This document shows, one piece after another, positions 1 to 11,845 of a stretch of DNA of 64,000 nt. The position numbers and the translations under genes are program-made. Under the pieces are notes generated by a model. It saw only the letters and a program-made list of their open reading frames with translations. It was not told where the DNA came from and searched no databases. Source of the stretch: an uncultured Spirochaetota bacterium (GTDB lineage Bacteria > Spirochaetota > Brevinematia > Brevinematales > JAOACQ01); contig CAWAOD010000011.1 in assembly GCA_963783575.1 (NCBI GenBank), forward strand, positions 480,001-544,000, written 5' to 3'. Numbering within the stretch: position 1 is the first letter of the stretch; each line of letters begins with the position of its first letter.

Positions 1-2
1 GA

Positions 3-332
3 ATCACCCCGGAAAATATTGTTAAAGATTTGATCAATGCCGGCGCTGATATCATCGGAACAAATTGCGGAAACGGCATTGCAGGTATGATAGGTATTGT
101 CGCTGAAATAAGAAGAATAAATATGAATATACCGGTAATAGTACAGGCAAATGCAGGCTTGCCCGAAGTTGTCGGTGGACGTATAATTTACAGGGAAACT
201 CCAGAAATTATGGCTTCCTATATTCCACAACTAATTGAAGCCGGAACGAATATAATCGGCGGCTGCTGCGGAACAACGCCGGAACATATTAAAAAAATCA
301 AAGAAGCGGTTTTAAGATTTATAAACGGGTAA
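3..332 (+). CDS. Homocysteine S-methyltransferase family protein, C-terminal part (5' end outside window)
   Basis: GTNCG, NAGLP and IIGGCCGTTPEHI Zn-binding motifs; frame is open from the window edge. Confidence 0.85.
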   Translation: MTPENIVKDLINAGADIIGTNCGNGIAGMIGIVAEIRRINMNIPVIVQANAGLPEVVGGRIIYRETPEIMASYIPQLIEAGTNIIGGCCGTTPEHIKKIKEAVLRFING

Positions 333-493
333 AAAACATTTTTTAAGAAATGCGGAAATAAGACCCAACGGTAGGATTTTTTTTATTAATGGCGCCGTTG
401 ATATTATCAAGGTTTGCTGCACGGGCAGTGCATCCAAAACAGACGTAACCTGGTTTGAAATAAAGATTCCGGATTTTATATATTTACTTCTAA

Positions 494-1510
494 TTATACA
501 CCGTAAGTTTTCTTGTTATATCTGTTTATCTCATCGGTAATTATCGGATCCACATGAGGATAAATCGTTCCTATTGCGCCGTATGTGATGCATGGTATAA
601 AATGGCCCCTGGGAGCGTATTCTTCACAAGCTCTTCTTGTCTCGTTCCTTATCTCTTCTTCGGTCGCATCTGCGCGGTCTACTATTGCGGCATCAATTCC
701 ACCCATCAGTGTCATACGGCCGTCAAGTTTTTCCTGAATTTCCGGAATATCGTTTTGAGGAAGAACCCCCTGCCAAATATCTATACCAAGTTCAGCCATA
801 TCTTCAACTATCGGCTCAAGATAAGAATCCGCGTGATGCATAATAATTACTCGTTTGTCTTTCATATATTTATAGGTTTTTATATATTGTGGTTTGATAA
901 ATTCACGCCAGGCATCCGGATTCATAAACAGATTAGATTTAGTCCCCCAGTCGTCATGACTCAGCATAATATCCGGCTTCAGATTGTCGACTATTAATTT
1001 CATATAGTTATAGCGGTATTCACCGACGACCTGGCAGAATTCTGCCATATATTCCGGCTCGATCAGCATGTTCGTTAAAGTATCTTCAAACCCCATAAGA
1101 AAATGCAGCTGCTCAAACACACCGGTAGGCATAAATGTCATAAGCAGATAATTTTCACGGTCAATCTTGGAAATGGCTTCAAGGGCCGGTTCCCAAAGTT
1201 TCGGATCAGAGCAGTTTGCTAAAAGATCCGGTACTTTTATATATTCTCTCCATTTTGTAATATCAGGTAATACCTTGTCATCAGGAGTGACATGAGGCAT
1301 TACTCCATATTGATCTTCCGGCCACAAAACTGTTGTTCCCCATCTATCCTTGAGTGGCGGCATTCCTCTAAAACGTTTTCCCCGAATGTAAGCTGCAACC
1401 GGTTCGGCAAGGAAAAATATGCAATTCTCGTACTGATTAACCAGGCGATCTGGCTTACCGTATTTTCTTACTGTCTCAAGAAAATTTTCTTTGGCTGTCA
1501 GCAATCTCAT
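494..1510 (-). CDS. UroD/MtaA-CmuA family protein, probable corrinoid methyltransferase (O-demethylase MT1-like)
   Basis: 338 aa; GFEDTL, HDDWG, HHAD and LMGGID motifs of the UroD/MetE-like fold. Confidence 0.8.
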   Translation of the reverse strand: MRLLTAKENFLETVRKYGKPDRLVNQYENCIFFLAEPVAAYIRGKRFRGMPPLKDRWGTTVLWPEDQYGVMPHVTPDDKVLPDITKWREYIKVPDLLANCSDPKLWEPALEAISKIDRENYLLMTFMPTGVFEQLHFLMGFEDTLTNMLIEPEYMAEFCQVVGEYRYNYMKLIVDNLKPDIMLSHDDWGTKSNLFMNPDAWREFIKPQYIKTYKYMKDKRVIIMHHADSYLEPIVEDMAELGIDIWQGVLPQNDIPEIQEKLDGRMTLMGGIDAAIVDRADATEEEIRNETRRACEEYAPRGHFIPCITYGAIGTIYPHVDPIITDEINRYNKKTYGV

Positions 1511-1628
1511 CCTTCCTTATACATTTATTGAAAAATGAAGATTTTAATAGACGATATATTACTGAAATAACTTAAATAAGTCAAAAAACAAGCTATCTAA
1601 TCCCAAATTGCCTTCAAAATTTAAATTA

Positions 1629-3286
1629 TTATTCGTCATCCAGAGTTTCAAAATATTGATCACCAAGATCATTCGGATTAAAGGCTTTTTTGATTTTCGA
1701 CTGATATCTAAAAGCATTCGGCTGAGGGGCTGCAAGATGCATTTTATCACGTTCTTCTTTCGGAGTAGTCCGTCCATCCGAACCTCTTGCGGCAGCATTC
1801 CATTTTTCCATACCACATGCAATCCAGCCATTTTTTTGTGAAAACTCAGATGCGGCATTGAAAAATTCCAGCGTCCCTTCTGTTGATTCCCTGTCAAAAG
1901 GATCCCAGCATGTAAAGTTTTCCCAAAGACCTGTTCCTCCGCCTCCCTGTCCTCCAATGGGGCCCATCATACAATCGCCTCCGGCATCAACAATCGCTCC
2001 CTTTTTCTCCCATGGGATTTTAAACTGAGCACTTTCCTCAGCATGGGCAGCTCCGTAATCCATAGGCATTAATAATCCGTAACATCCGTCATAGCCGCCG
2101 CCGAAAACAAGATTTAAATTCTTATGCCCTAACCTTACCAGGTAAAGCAATACCCAATCTCTAATTTCAGGCGCATTCATTGCTTCAACCTTCCATCCGC
2201 CCGTTTGTTTAAGAATTTCATCGAGAGCCTTGTCCTGCCATTCGATATCATTTTTCGTCATTCCTGCCATAACAAACTGGAAATCTCTAATGGATTCGTC
2301 AGTAACTTTTTTGACTTCTGGATCCTCAAGAAATTTTTCAAGGTCATTGAGAGTTTTTGTAGGATCGGTAAGAATCTTAACCATCGCATATTTTAAATCC
2401 CTTCCCAACATATTGAATTGTCTATGACCAAGATATCCGATTCCCGCGTCCCAGATTGCATAAGCGCCGTCAGCCCAGGCTTTCCATGATGGGAATGAAA
2501 GTGTATATGCTCTAAATTTTTCTGTCAAATTCATCCTGTACGCAGGAACAATTCCTTCAACCGGCAATTTCGCAGGTCCGGGCCATGCAAAAAGCTTTAC
2601 CGAACATTTGGTGAAAACACCCATTGCCCCTTTAGTTCCCAATAATCCTCTGAATATTCCCCTCATGTCGGTCCTGGCCCTTCGCCGCAAAACCATCCGC
2701 AACCCGATCCTAAAGAACCTGTCCGCAAAATCTCTCCGTCAGGCATTACCCACTCAACTCCGAGAAGGTTTTCATATAATGACCCGCCATAAAGATTTCC
2801 TGGTCCGGAACCCAAATAAGCGGCTGCGCTTGCCAGAACCGAACCGCTGCATCCTGATCCGGGAATATGAGTATTCAATCCCACTTTCATCGCTTCAGCC
2901 TGAAGTTGAGCCCCGATTACCCCAGGTTCAACTACTGCTATCATATTTTTTTCATCAATTTCTATAATTCTGTCCATTCTTCTCATATCCAGCTGGATCG
3001 TATCGTCTTCTGACGGATATCCCATAGCAGCCCAGAATGTACTTGCTGCCTTAAATTTTACTTTATATTTATTGCAAACTCTTACAATTGCCTGAACTTC
3101 TTCCAAACTTCCGGGAAGTAAAACGGCAGCTCCCCGGGGACTATAAACATCAAAAAAAGGTCCCTGATGGTTTGAAGTTTGAGACATTGAATATCTATAT
3201 GAATCAAGCAATGCCGGATCGTTTGAAATATTTTTTGAACCGACAATTTCTTTAAGCGCCGAATAAATTTCATTTGATAATGCCAT
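1629..3286 (-). pseudogene. FAD-binding oxidoreductase (PCMH/GlcD type) split by a 1-nt frameshift near 2668
   Basis: ORF 2663-3286 carries the FAD-binding domain and ends GEGPGPT*; the adjacent frame continues [21 protein letters not shown]; one added base fuses them. Confidence 0.8.
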
Positions 3287-3297
3287 TTTGACCTCCT

Positions 3298-4569
3298 TTA
3301 TAAGGCTTTAAAAACCAGTTCAACGATATCGTAAACTTCCATTGTTCCCTTATTTTCTTCTATGGCTTCAATAAAGTTGCTCTCACACCACGGGCACGCA
3401 GATACCATCGCTTTTGCGCCTGTGGTTTTTGCTTCATCTATTCTTTCCATTGCAGTCCACTTTGATAATTCGGGGTACGCCTCACGTACTCCTCCGCCTG
3501 ATCCGCAGCACCAGCTGTATTCCCGTATTCTTTCCATTTCAACAAGTTCAATTCCGGGAATACTTTTTAAAATATTTCTTGGCGGTTCATATACTCCCCA
3601 GGCACCGTTATATCTTGGTTTTTTCGGTTCATAAACAATGATTTGGTTTTTGATTTTCTTTTCTTTTCCGCTCCAGGGTATATAAGGTTCTCCCTGTCTT
3701 CCAAGATGGCATGGATCGTGGTAGGTGACAGTCATTGGGATTTTTTTAGTAAATTTCATTTTTCCTTCTTTAATCAAGCCATCAATGTATTCGACAGAAT
3801 GAATTACTTCAATTCTGGAACCGTATTTCGGATAAAGATGCTTGAAAGTGTAATAACAATCCGAACATGAAGTTACAATTTTTTTAACTCCGGATTTTTC
3901 CCATAAAGCAATATTTGCTTTTGCAATTTTCTCAAATTCGGCATCATATCCCATTGAATATATTCTTCCGCCGCAACACATTTCTTTTCCACCCATAATT
4001 GCAAAATCAATTTTCATTTTCTGGAAAATCTGTGCGGCTGTGCACACCGTGTTTTGTAATTTCTCGTCAAAACTGTATCTGCATCCTGCAAAAAAGAGAA
4101 CTTCTTTTTTTTCAGTTCCAAGAACCTGCAGATTTAATCCATCCGACCATTTACCCCTTTTACTCCTTGGCTGAGACATCGAATTTTGATCTTTATTCAA
4201 ACTTTCAATAATCTTTTCATGAACTTTTAATCCTTGTCCATCCTTAACGAGTTTTGATTTAAGTTCTCTTACCATTTCAAGTGGTTCTAGATTATAGCGG
4301 CATATTTTACAGCTCACATCGCATGAGCCGCAATTAAGGCAAGAAAAAGCAATATCCTGTACGGTTTCAGAATAAGTACTCTGTCCTTTCAGCAAAGACC
4401 TTCCTACCAGATACCTACCTCGCGCAGAATAACTGTTAAAATTATTATAAGAAACGCTCGGACAATTTTTAGCAAACCGCCAGCTTTTTACCTGATCGAA
4501 TGGAACCCATTTACAGTAAGAACATGCGCTGCATCGTTCCATTTCAGCCAAAAATTTTTCCAAAGCCAT
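3298..4569 (-). CDS. Fe-S oxidoreductase with CCG domains (GlcF/HdrD-like)
   Basis: CxxCxxC and [11 protein letters not shown] ferredoxin motifs; [13 protein letters not shown] and CCGSGGG motifs. Confidence 0.88.
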   Translation of the reverse strand: MALEKFLAEMERCSACSYCKWVPFDQVKSWRFAKNCPSVSYNNFNSYSARGRYLVGRSLLKGQSTYSETVQDIAFSCLNCGSCDVSCKICRYNLEPLEMVRELKSKLVKDGQGLKVHEKIIESLNKDQNSMSQPRSKRGKWSDGLNLQVLGTEKKEVLFFAGCRYSFDEKLQNTVCTAAQIFQKMKIDFAIMGGKEMCCGGRIYSMGYDAEFEKIAKANIALWEKSGVKKIVTSCSDCYYTFKHLYPKYGSRIEVIHSVEYIDGLIKEGKMKFTKKIPMTVTYHDPCHLGRQGEPYIPWSGKEKKIKNQIIVYEPKKPRYNGAWGVYEPPRNILKSIPGIELVEMERIREYSWCCGSGGGVREAYPELSKWTAMERIDEAKTTGAKAMVSACPWCESNFIEAIEENKGTMEVYDIVELVFKAL

Positions 4570-4596
4570 ATATTTACTCCTTTATTGTTATCTTTT

Positions 4597-6063
4597 TCAA
4601 AAGCAGAGTTTATGGGGATTCATGATATGATTAGGGTCAAAAATATCTTTTATTTTCTTCATTGTAATTGTAGTTCTTGCATCCCTGTTATAGGTCATTT
4701 CCGACCATATTCCATAAGGCCGAGAGAAATAAGCGCCTTGATTCTGTATAACTATGCTTGCATCATTAAACAATTTTTCAGATTTCAAAATTTCGGAACC
4801 ATCTTTGTTATTCACCGGTAATATAAACTCGCAATGACAGCTTACTCCCTGATGAGCAGGCTGTAAATAAACCCCAATATCTGAAACCGGATATTGATGT
4901 TCTTTTGCTTTATTACTCATTTTAATAATGAAATCCGGTGTTTTATCCATTGTCGTCATAAAGAATATTTCTTTCATGCTTCCTTTGCTTCTTATTTTCC
5001 AGTATGGGTTTTCAGACGGTTTTTGTAATATCTCATAGAAGTCCTGACTTCGGCATTCTCCAATCTGATTTTCCAATTTTAAACCGAATTGCTGGGCAAT
5101 ATCTCTGATATCCGCTTCCTGTCCTTCAACTTTTTCTTTAGGTAAAATTTCACCGCCTGTAATCCCTATAATAACTGCCCATTCGGGTAATATTGATTTT
5201 AAAGATTCTGTTTCGTCTGAATTTTTTGATAAGATATTGGCAAAATAAGCGTTATTTATAATAAATAATTCATCGCCGAATCTAAATCTCAGAAGTTTGT
5301 AAGTAAAATCGATCAGGCTGTTTATGTTATTGGAAGGGACAAAAAACAATTTCCTGTATGATGGCAGAACTTCGCATTTTACAGAAGCCCAGGTTACAAT
5401 ACCCATACTTCCCTGCGCGCCTGAAATAAGCCGGTAATAATCTACCTGAGCCGGCCCCGGACCTGTTGCCGGTACGATTCCTTTTTCCCAATCCTCCTCT
5501 TTTAAACTGCGAAATCCACCGCTCCCGCTCCATAATTTATCACCGTTTCCCCATATTATTTCAAGGCTTCTTAAAGGATCCATCATATTCCACTGGAACC
5601 TCGGAGAAACTATCGGCTCACGTTCTAAAAGACTTGCTATAACAGATTTATTCATCCTCGGTAAAAGAGGAGTAATAAGCCTCATACCTTCTTTTTCAAG
5701 AGCAGGCTGGAGTTCTGAATATGTAACTCCAGGTTCTATAACAGCCAATCTATTTCTTCTGTTTATTTTCAAAATTTTTTTCATTTTAGTCAAATCTACT
5801 ATTACCGCTTCCGGTAAGGAAGGAGCACTGTCTCCGCGTATATGCGGAGCCCCCGAACTGACAGGTATAAGCGGAGTTTTAGTTTCATTTGCCCATTTTA
5901 CGACTTCCTGAATTTGACCGACTTCAGCCGGCTTAACAACAAACCAGGGTTTGATATTCATTCCAGAGCTATTATCATTTTTGTAATTATCAAGAATCTC
6001 CGGGTCATCCAAAACATTCTCTTGGCCTAAAATTTTTACAAGACTGTCTTTGGTGCCGTTCAT
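4597..6063 (-). CDS. FAD-binding oxidoreductase (PCMH/GlcD type)
   Basis: EPGVT, GAQGSMGIVT and C-terminal FDPNHIMNPHK motifs. Confidence 0.85.
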   Translation of the reverse strand: MNGTKDSLVKILGQENVLDDPEILDNYKNDNSSGMNIKPWFVVKPAEVGQIQEVVKWANETKTPLIPVSSGAPHIRGDSAPSLPEAVIVDLTKMKKILKINRRNRLAVIEPGVTYSELQPALEKEGMRLITPLLPRMNKSVIASLLEREPIVSPRFQWNMMDPLRSLEIIWGNGDKLWSGSGGFRSLKEEDWEKGIVPATGPGPAQVDYYRLISGAQGSMGIVTWASVKCEVLPSYRKLFFVPSNNINSLIDFTYKLLRFRFGDELFIINNAYFANILSKNSDETESLKSILPEWAVIIGITGGEILPKEKVEGQEADIRDIAQQFGLKLENQIGECRSQDFYEILQKPSENPYWKIRSKGSMKEIFFMTTMDKTPDFIIKMSNKAKEHQYPVSDIGVYLQPAHQGVSCHCEFILPVNNKDGSEILKSEKLFNDASIVIQNQGAYFSRPYGIWSEMTYNRDARTTITMKKIKDIFDPNHIMNPHKLCF

Positions 6064-6086
6064 CTATTGCCTCCCCATCTTTAATT

Positions 6087-6130
6087 AAAAAAAGTTACGA
6101 GTGGCTAATATTAAGTCTGCCACTCGTAAC
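6087..6130 (-). terminator. Intrinsic terminator downstream of the MFS gene
   Basis: Perfect 12-bp stem GTTACGAGTGGC (6094-6105)/GCCACTCGTAAC (6119-6130), then a U7 tract on the minus strand. Confidence 0.75.
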
Positions 6131-6181
6131 AGTAATATTTTTTATTCTTTGAATTATGCCGGTTTGTATTTTATCTCAATC

Positions 6182-7402
6182 CTATGCTTGTTTAAGTGAT
6201 TTTCTAATTCTGCCTGCAACGGGCAATATAAACAACCCGGCAAACAGGGTAATTGGAATCAGGACGATCAGCACTTGTGCCGCAGTTTTTCCACCGCCCA
6301 GTAAAACACCAGCAAGCATAGGCCCGGCAATCGTACCAAGGCGTCCGAAGGATACGGTTGCTCCGACACCGGTATTTCTGATTTCAGCCGGATAACAGAG
6401 CGGAGCGAAAGCGTAAAGGATAGACTGTGCACCGGTTACTGCAAGGCCTATGACGAATGCTACAGGCAATATCAGTCCGAAATTCAGGGAAGCGAAGCCT
6501 AATATGGCTAAAAATACTGCAAGCGCAATATACGCAGTAATAGGCGTAGAAAATGTAAATTTCTTATCCAGCATATAGCCCGCTAATGCCGCTCCTGCGG
6601 AAGAACCTAAGTTATAAATCATCTGGATAACCTGCGCATTCTGCTTGGATAGCCCCATAGCTTCCATTAAAGAAGGCATCCAGCCTAAAAGTAAATACAT
6701 AACCAGAAGTGTCAGAAACGTAGCCAGCCATATGGATATCGTTGTGGTTCCCTGACCCTTTCCGAAGATCCCGGATAGTAAATTACCACCTGATGCCATA
6801 GATTCAGTTTCCTTTTTTGATAAAACCGGTTCTTCTTTAGGAAGGAAAAACGCGAGAAGAGGCGCGACAATAATAGGAGCCAGACCACCTATCAGGTAAA
6901 CAGGCTTCCAGTTATTGCCGAAAGCTCCAATCATCATTACTACACTGGAAAGCAACCCGCCTATTGGAATGGCGCAGTAAATAAAACCTACTGCCCTTTT
7001 CTTAAGGTGTGCAGGGCTGTGGTCGCTGGTCAGGGCTATAACAACCGGCATAGCCGCCCCCAGTCCGAGACCGGTAAAAAACCTTGCCACCATAAGCGAC
7101 GAAAGTCCGGTAGCAAACAGTGTTGAAATCGATGAAATACCGAACAATAAAACGCCCGTTACTACAACCGGCTTTCGTCCAAAACGATCGGCCAGAAAAC
7201 CGCCCAGTACTGCTGCAATAAAAACGCCTATGGCGCTTGCCCCAAGGAAAGCACCCATCTGGGCAGGTATAAAATGAAAAGCTGGTGCGAGCCTTGGTGC
7301 GGAAACACCGGCAGCCTGGAGATCAAATCCCTCCAGTAAAATAACAAGAGCGCATAAAATAATAACACGATAGGTATGAAGCGATTTTACAGTGTTTTCC
7401 AT
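6182..7402 (-). CDS. MFS transporter, aromatic acid:H+ symporter family (MhpT/PcaK/VanK-like)
   Basis: LEGFDLQ in TM1, GFLADRFGRK MFS motif, YPAEIRNTGVG; about 12 hydrophobic segments. Confidence 0.85.
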   Translation of the reverse strand: MENTVKSLHTYRVIILCALVILLEGFDLQAAGVSAPRLAPAFHFIPAQMGAFLGASAIGVFIAAVLGGFLADRFGRKPVVVTGVLLFGISSISTLFATGLSSLMVARFFTGLGLGAAMPVVIALTSDHSPAHLKKRAVGFIYCAIPIGGLLSSVVMMIGAFGNNWKPVYLIGGLAPIIVAPLLAFFLPKEEPVLSKKETESMASGGNLLSGIFGKGQGTTTISIWLATFLTLLVMYLLLGWMPSLMEAMGLSKQNAQVIQMIYNLGSSAGAALAGYMLDKKFTFSTPITAYIALAVFLAILGFASLNFGLILPVAFVIGLAVTGAQSILYAFAPLCYPAEIRNTGVGATVSFGRLGTIAGPMLAGVLLGGGKTAAQVLIVLIPITLFAGLFILPVAGRIRKSLKQA

Positions 7403-7662
7403 GAATATCCTCCAAAATATTTATTCACCGAACTAGTTCTGCTAACTGATTCATTTTAAAACTATTGTTAAAAAAGTCAATAGTTTTAATAAATAAAATA
7501 TTTTTTCAGGATATCGAACCTAAAGAAGGCAGTGAAGTAATGATTATATTATTACACAAGCAATCTCGCCTTTGGAATAGCGGTTAGAGCTGTTATTTAA
7601 GCCTCTTTTGACTTTTTTCATTATTCATTTTAATATAAATAGATATTATTTTGGAGGTATAA

Positions 7663-8973
<1,311 letters not shown>

Positions 8974-9020
8974 CAATTTGTTACAAATAGTAATTTGTTT
9001 AAATAGAAATTAATCTATAG

Positions 9021-9058
9021 GCCTTCTTTGAAGTAAGTTTAAAGAAGGCTTTTTTTTT
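9021..9058 (+). terminator. Intrinsic terminator of eno
   Basis: GCCTTCTTT/AAAGAAGGC stem followed by T9. Confidence 0.85.
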
Positions 9059-9228
9059 AAATTACTAAATTTAATTGATTCATTATAAATTGTCTTTTAT
9101 AATTCAAATGATTAATATTTGATTTTTATTTTAATTATTAAATACAACAAATTCAAACAGACTGAATTAATAGATCTATTTTGATTAATATTTATTGTTT
9201 TTTTAAAAATTAGTGACTTGCGGGCTTA

Positions 9229-10890
9229 GTGGGGGTTATGCCAAACATATTTTCTCTTCTGTCTTTTTTTGTTTTCTGCCTTAATATTATACTGGGCTTT
9301 TATATTTTAAATATTGATAAGAAATCGATGGTCAATAGATTATTTATTTCCTTATGCTTGTGTATGGCAATCTGGGCTTTTGCTTACACTTTTATTTATT
9401 CGAATAATGATCAGAAGAATATATGGATTTGGTACAAAATTTCCTCGATAGGCTGGTGCCTGTTTCCATCAGTTTCCCTGCATTTGATGCTAATTGTTTC
9501 AAAAAAAATTAATAAATTCAGTAATTCTATGCTGATCTTATTGTTATACCTGCCGGCAGTAATATTTTTTGCAGAAGTCTTAAGCGGAAATATGATAGCA
9601 ATAGGTTTTATAAAAAAATCATTCGGCAATATGGAAGTCTTAAATACTGGATCAATCTGGTATTGGCTTTATATCTTTTATTATTCATTATTTCCATTAA
9701 TAGGTTTTAATTTTATAGCAGGATGGGGTATTAAGACCAAATTTAAAATCGAAAAGAAACAATCGGCGGTAATTTTGTTGTCGGGCTGTATTGTTTTAAT
9801 TCTTGGTTCGGTCTTTAATATAATATTACCTTCAATGAAAATATATGCTATTCCTTCGATAGCTCCCATTATTTGTATTATATGGTTGGCTTTTATGGCA
9901 CATGCAATTTTAAATTATAAGATACTGAATTTAAATCCCGTAATTACCATGGATGAAATCATATCAAACATTCTGGATGTTATAATTATTGTTGATTCAG
10001 ATAATAAAATAATTAAAGTAAATCACAAACTTGAACAAGTTCTTAATTATAAAGAAAAGGAACTGATTGGAAAACCCATTGATTTTTTGATCTCAAAAAA
10101 TCAGATTGATCTAATTGAATATCAGAATATACAGCAAAATGTTACATCAAAAATGGGATGGGAAATTTTTTGTTATGATAAAAAGGGGGAGATTATACCA
10201 TTCAGTTTTTACAAAGCCCCTATAAAAAACCGCTATGAAGATATGATTGGTATTATATTCATAGGCCGGGATTTAAGATTGATCAAACGTCTGGAAAATG
10301 AAATCAATGACCGCCAGCTCGCTGAAATGGAACTAAAAAAAGCCAGAGATAATCTTGAAGCCAAGGTAATTGAAAGAACAAAGGAATTGGAATTGTATGC
10401 AACTACGGATACTATGACGGGTATTTATAATAGGCGGATCGGTTTATTAATGCTTGAAAAGGAAATTCACAGGTCAAAAAGGGATAAAACCAATCTAGCA
10501 GTCTGCTTTATCGATATTGACGATCTGAAATATATTAATGATACCTATGGACATATGGAAGGCGATTCATTAATTATGACTGTAGCCGATATTCTAAAAA
10601 AATCATTACGGAGATCCGACATAATTTGCCGTATGGGAGGGGATGAGTTTCTTCTCATACTTCCACGTTGTTCAAAATCACAAGGCTTATTGATCCGGAA
10701 TACCATTGAAAAGAAAATTAAAATAAAAAATGAACAACGTCAAAAAAAATACAAAATCAGTATAAGTTATGGATTTTCGGAGTTCGACTATTTAAATCCT
10801 CTATCGCTTGATGAACTTATTTCAATTGCCGATTTAGAGATGTATCAATATAAAAAAGATTCAAAAAAAAAACAAATTGACAAAATTTAG
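9229..10890 (+). CDS. Diguanylate cyclase with N-terminal 7TM (HisKA_7TM-like) sensor and PAS domain
   Basis: Hydrophobic N-terminus, PAS-like segment, intact GGDEF with RxxD I-site (RRSD); start may be 9238. Confidence 0.9.
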   Translation: MGVMPNIFSLLSFFVFCLNIILGFYILNIDKKSMVNRLFISLCLCMAIWAFAYTFIYSNNDQKNIWIWYKISSIGWCLFPSVSLHLMLIVSKKINKFSNSMLILLLYLPAVIFFAEVLSGNMIAIGFIKKSFGNMEVLNTGSIWYWLYIFYYSLFPLIGFNFIAGWGIKTKFKIEKKQSAVILLSGCIVLILGSVFNIILPSMKIYAIPSIAPIICIIWLAFMAHAILNYKILNLNPVITMDEIISNILDVIIIVDSDNKIIKVNHKLEQVLNYKEKELIGKPIDFLISKNQIDLIEYQNIQQNVTSKMGWEIFCYDKKGEIIPFSFYKAPIKNRYEDMIGIIFIGRDLRLIKRLENEINDRQLAEMELKKARDNLEAKVIERTKELELYATTDTMTGIYNRRIGLLMLEKEIHRSKRDKTNLAVCFIDIDDLKYINDTYGHMEGDSLIMTVADILKKSLRRSDIICRMGGDEFLLILPRCSKSQGLLIRNTIEKKIKIKNEQRQKKYKISISYGFSEFDYLNPLSLDELISIADLEMYQYKKDSKKKQIDKI

Positions 10891-10904
10891 AATAGGAGAA
10901 CAAA

Positions 10905-11159
10905 ATGAGGCTAATTGGTTTGATTGTGATATTTGGTTTAATCGGCGCTGCGGCCGGATATTTAATTTTCGGGCAGTTTAACGGGCAATATCTAGCATTA
11001 CAAGATCTTTTTTTGAAACCGAAAAATATTCTGGGAAATCTCGGCCAGGCAATAACCGGAGCTGCCAGAATACGCCAGAATATCCTTATTTGTGGAACAG
11101 CCGGAGCGGCAGCCGGCCTTATTATCGGATTATTTACTGGATCGAAATCAAGGCGCTGA
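10905..11159 (+). CDS. Small membrane protein of unknown function
   Basis: 84 aa, two Gly/Ala-rich TM segments, AGGAG RBS. Confidence 0.7.
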   Translation: MRLIGLIVIFGLIGAAAGYLIFGQFNGQYLALQDLFLKPKNILGNLGQAITGAARIRQNILICGTAGAAAGLIIGLFTGSKSRR

Positions 11160-11167
11160 TATTTTTA

Positions 11168-11542
11168 TTAATTAATTTCACCTAATACACGTTCGATTGT
11201 TTCCTGCAATTCATCAATATTAAAAGGTTTGTATAAGCATTCAAAGATGCTGTACTGACTGTCTTTCGATTCAAACACAAAATTGGGATCGGGACAGCTG
11301 CTGAAAATAACAACTTTCAGTTCCGGCTTTATTATTTTTATAATTTTCAGCGCTTCCAAACCTCCCATTACAGGCATATGAATATCCAGAAAAACAATAT
11401 CAAGAAAATTATTTTTTACCACTTCAACAGCTTCCATTCCATTTCTGGCTGTATATATTTTAAATCCCTGCGGTTCAAGAAGATAGCAGAATAAATCACG
11501 AATTCCCTCTTCATCGTCGGCAATTAGTATTTTCTTATCCAT
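11168..11542 (-). CDS. Single-domain response regulator (REC)
   Basis: ILIADD, FLDIHMP and KPF motifs. Confidence 0.88.
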   Translation of the reverse strand: MDKKILIADDEEGIRDLFCYLLEPQGFKIYTARNGMEAVEVVKNNFLDIVFLDIHMPVMGGLEALKIIKIIKPELKVVIFSSCPDPNFVFESKDSQYSIFECLYKPFNIDELQETIERVLGEIN

Positions 11543-11570
11543 TTAAGTCCTCATTTATTGGTAGATTTAT

Positions 11571-11709
11571 GGCTCAGGGCAGGCTACTTGACTAGGTTTT
11601 GATTCCTCACGAAACAAAGTTACGTATAGCTATATGGAGTTTAGCCCCCAATAGAAGATACTTTCAGTTTTTCTGATTTTAATACCTCAAGACTCTGCCT
11701 CAAGGATCT
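11571..11709 (+). repeat. Diverged copy of the modular palindromic repeat
   Basis: Colinear with 57255-57407 (caggct-cttgac, gattcct-acg, tagaagat, ttctga-tttaatacctcaag-ctctgcct); begins GCTCAGGGCAGGCT as at 31816. Confidence 0.8.
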
Positions 11710-11845
11710 TTATATTTTTATTCCAGATTCTATCGGTGACAATGTTTTATCGATTATTAGATTTATATCCATTTTTTCGGCCTTCCCAGATATATGGACC
11801 TCACACAAATCAGAAAAACTGTATAGTGAGCCAAGGCTAATAAAT

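Noticed and set aside
345..470. Possible amidohydrolase fragment (NGAVDIIKVCCTG) in the intergenic gap
   Set aside because: Too short, with no start codon or RBS; could be chance
1559..1957. Alternative-frame and antisense ORFs (e.g. 1559-1957, 554-997, 7593-7991, 28959-29522, 57022-57351)
   Set aside because: Shadows of well-supported genes, with no motifs
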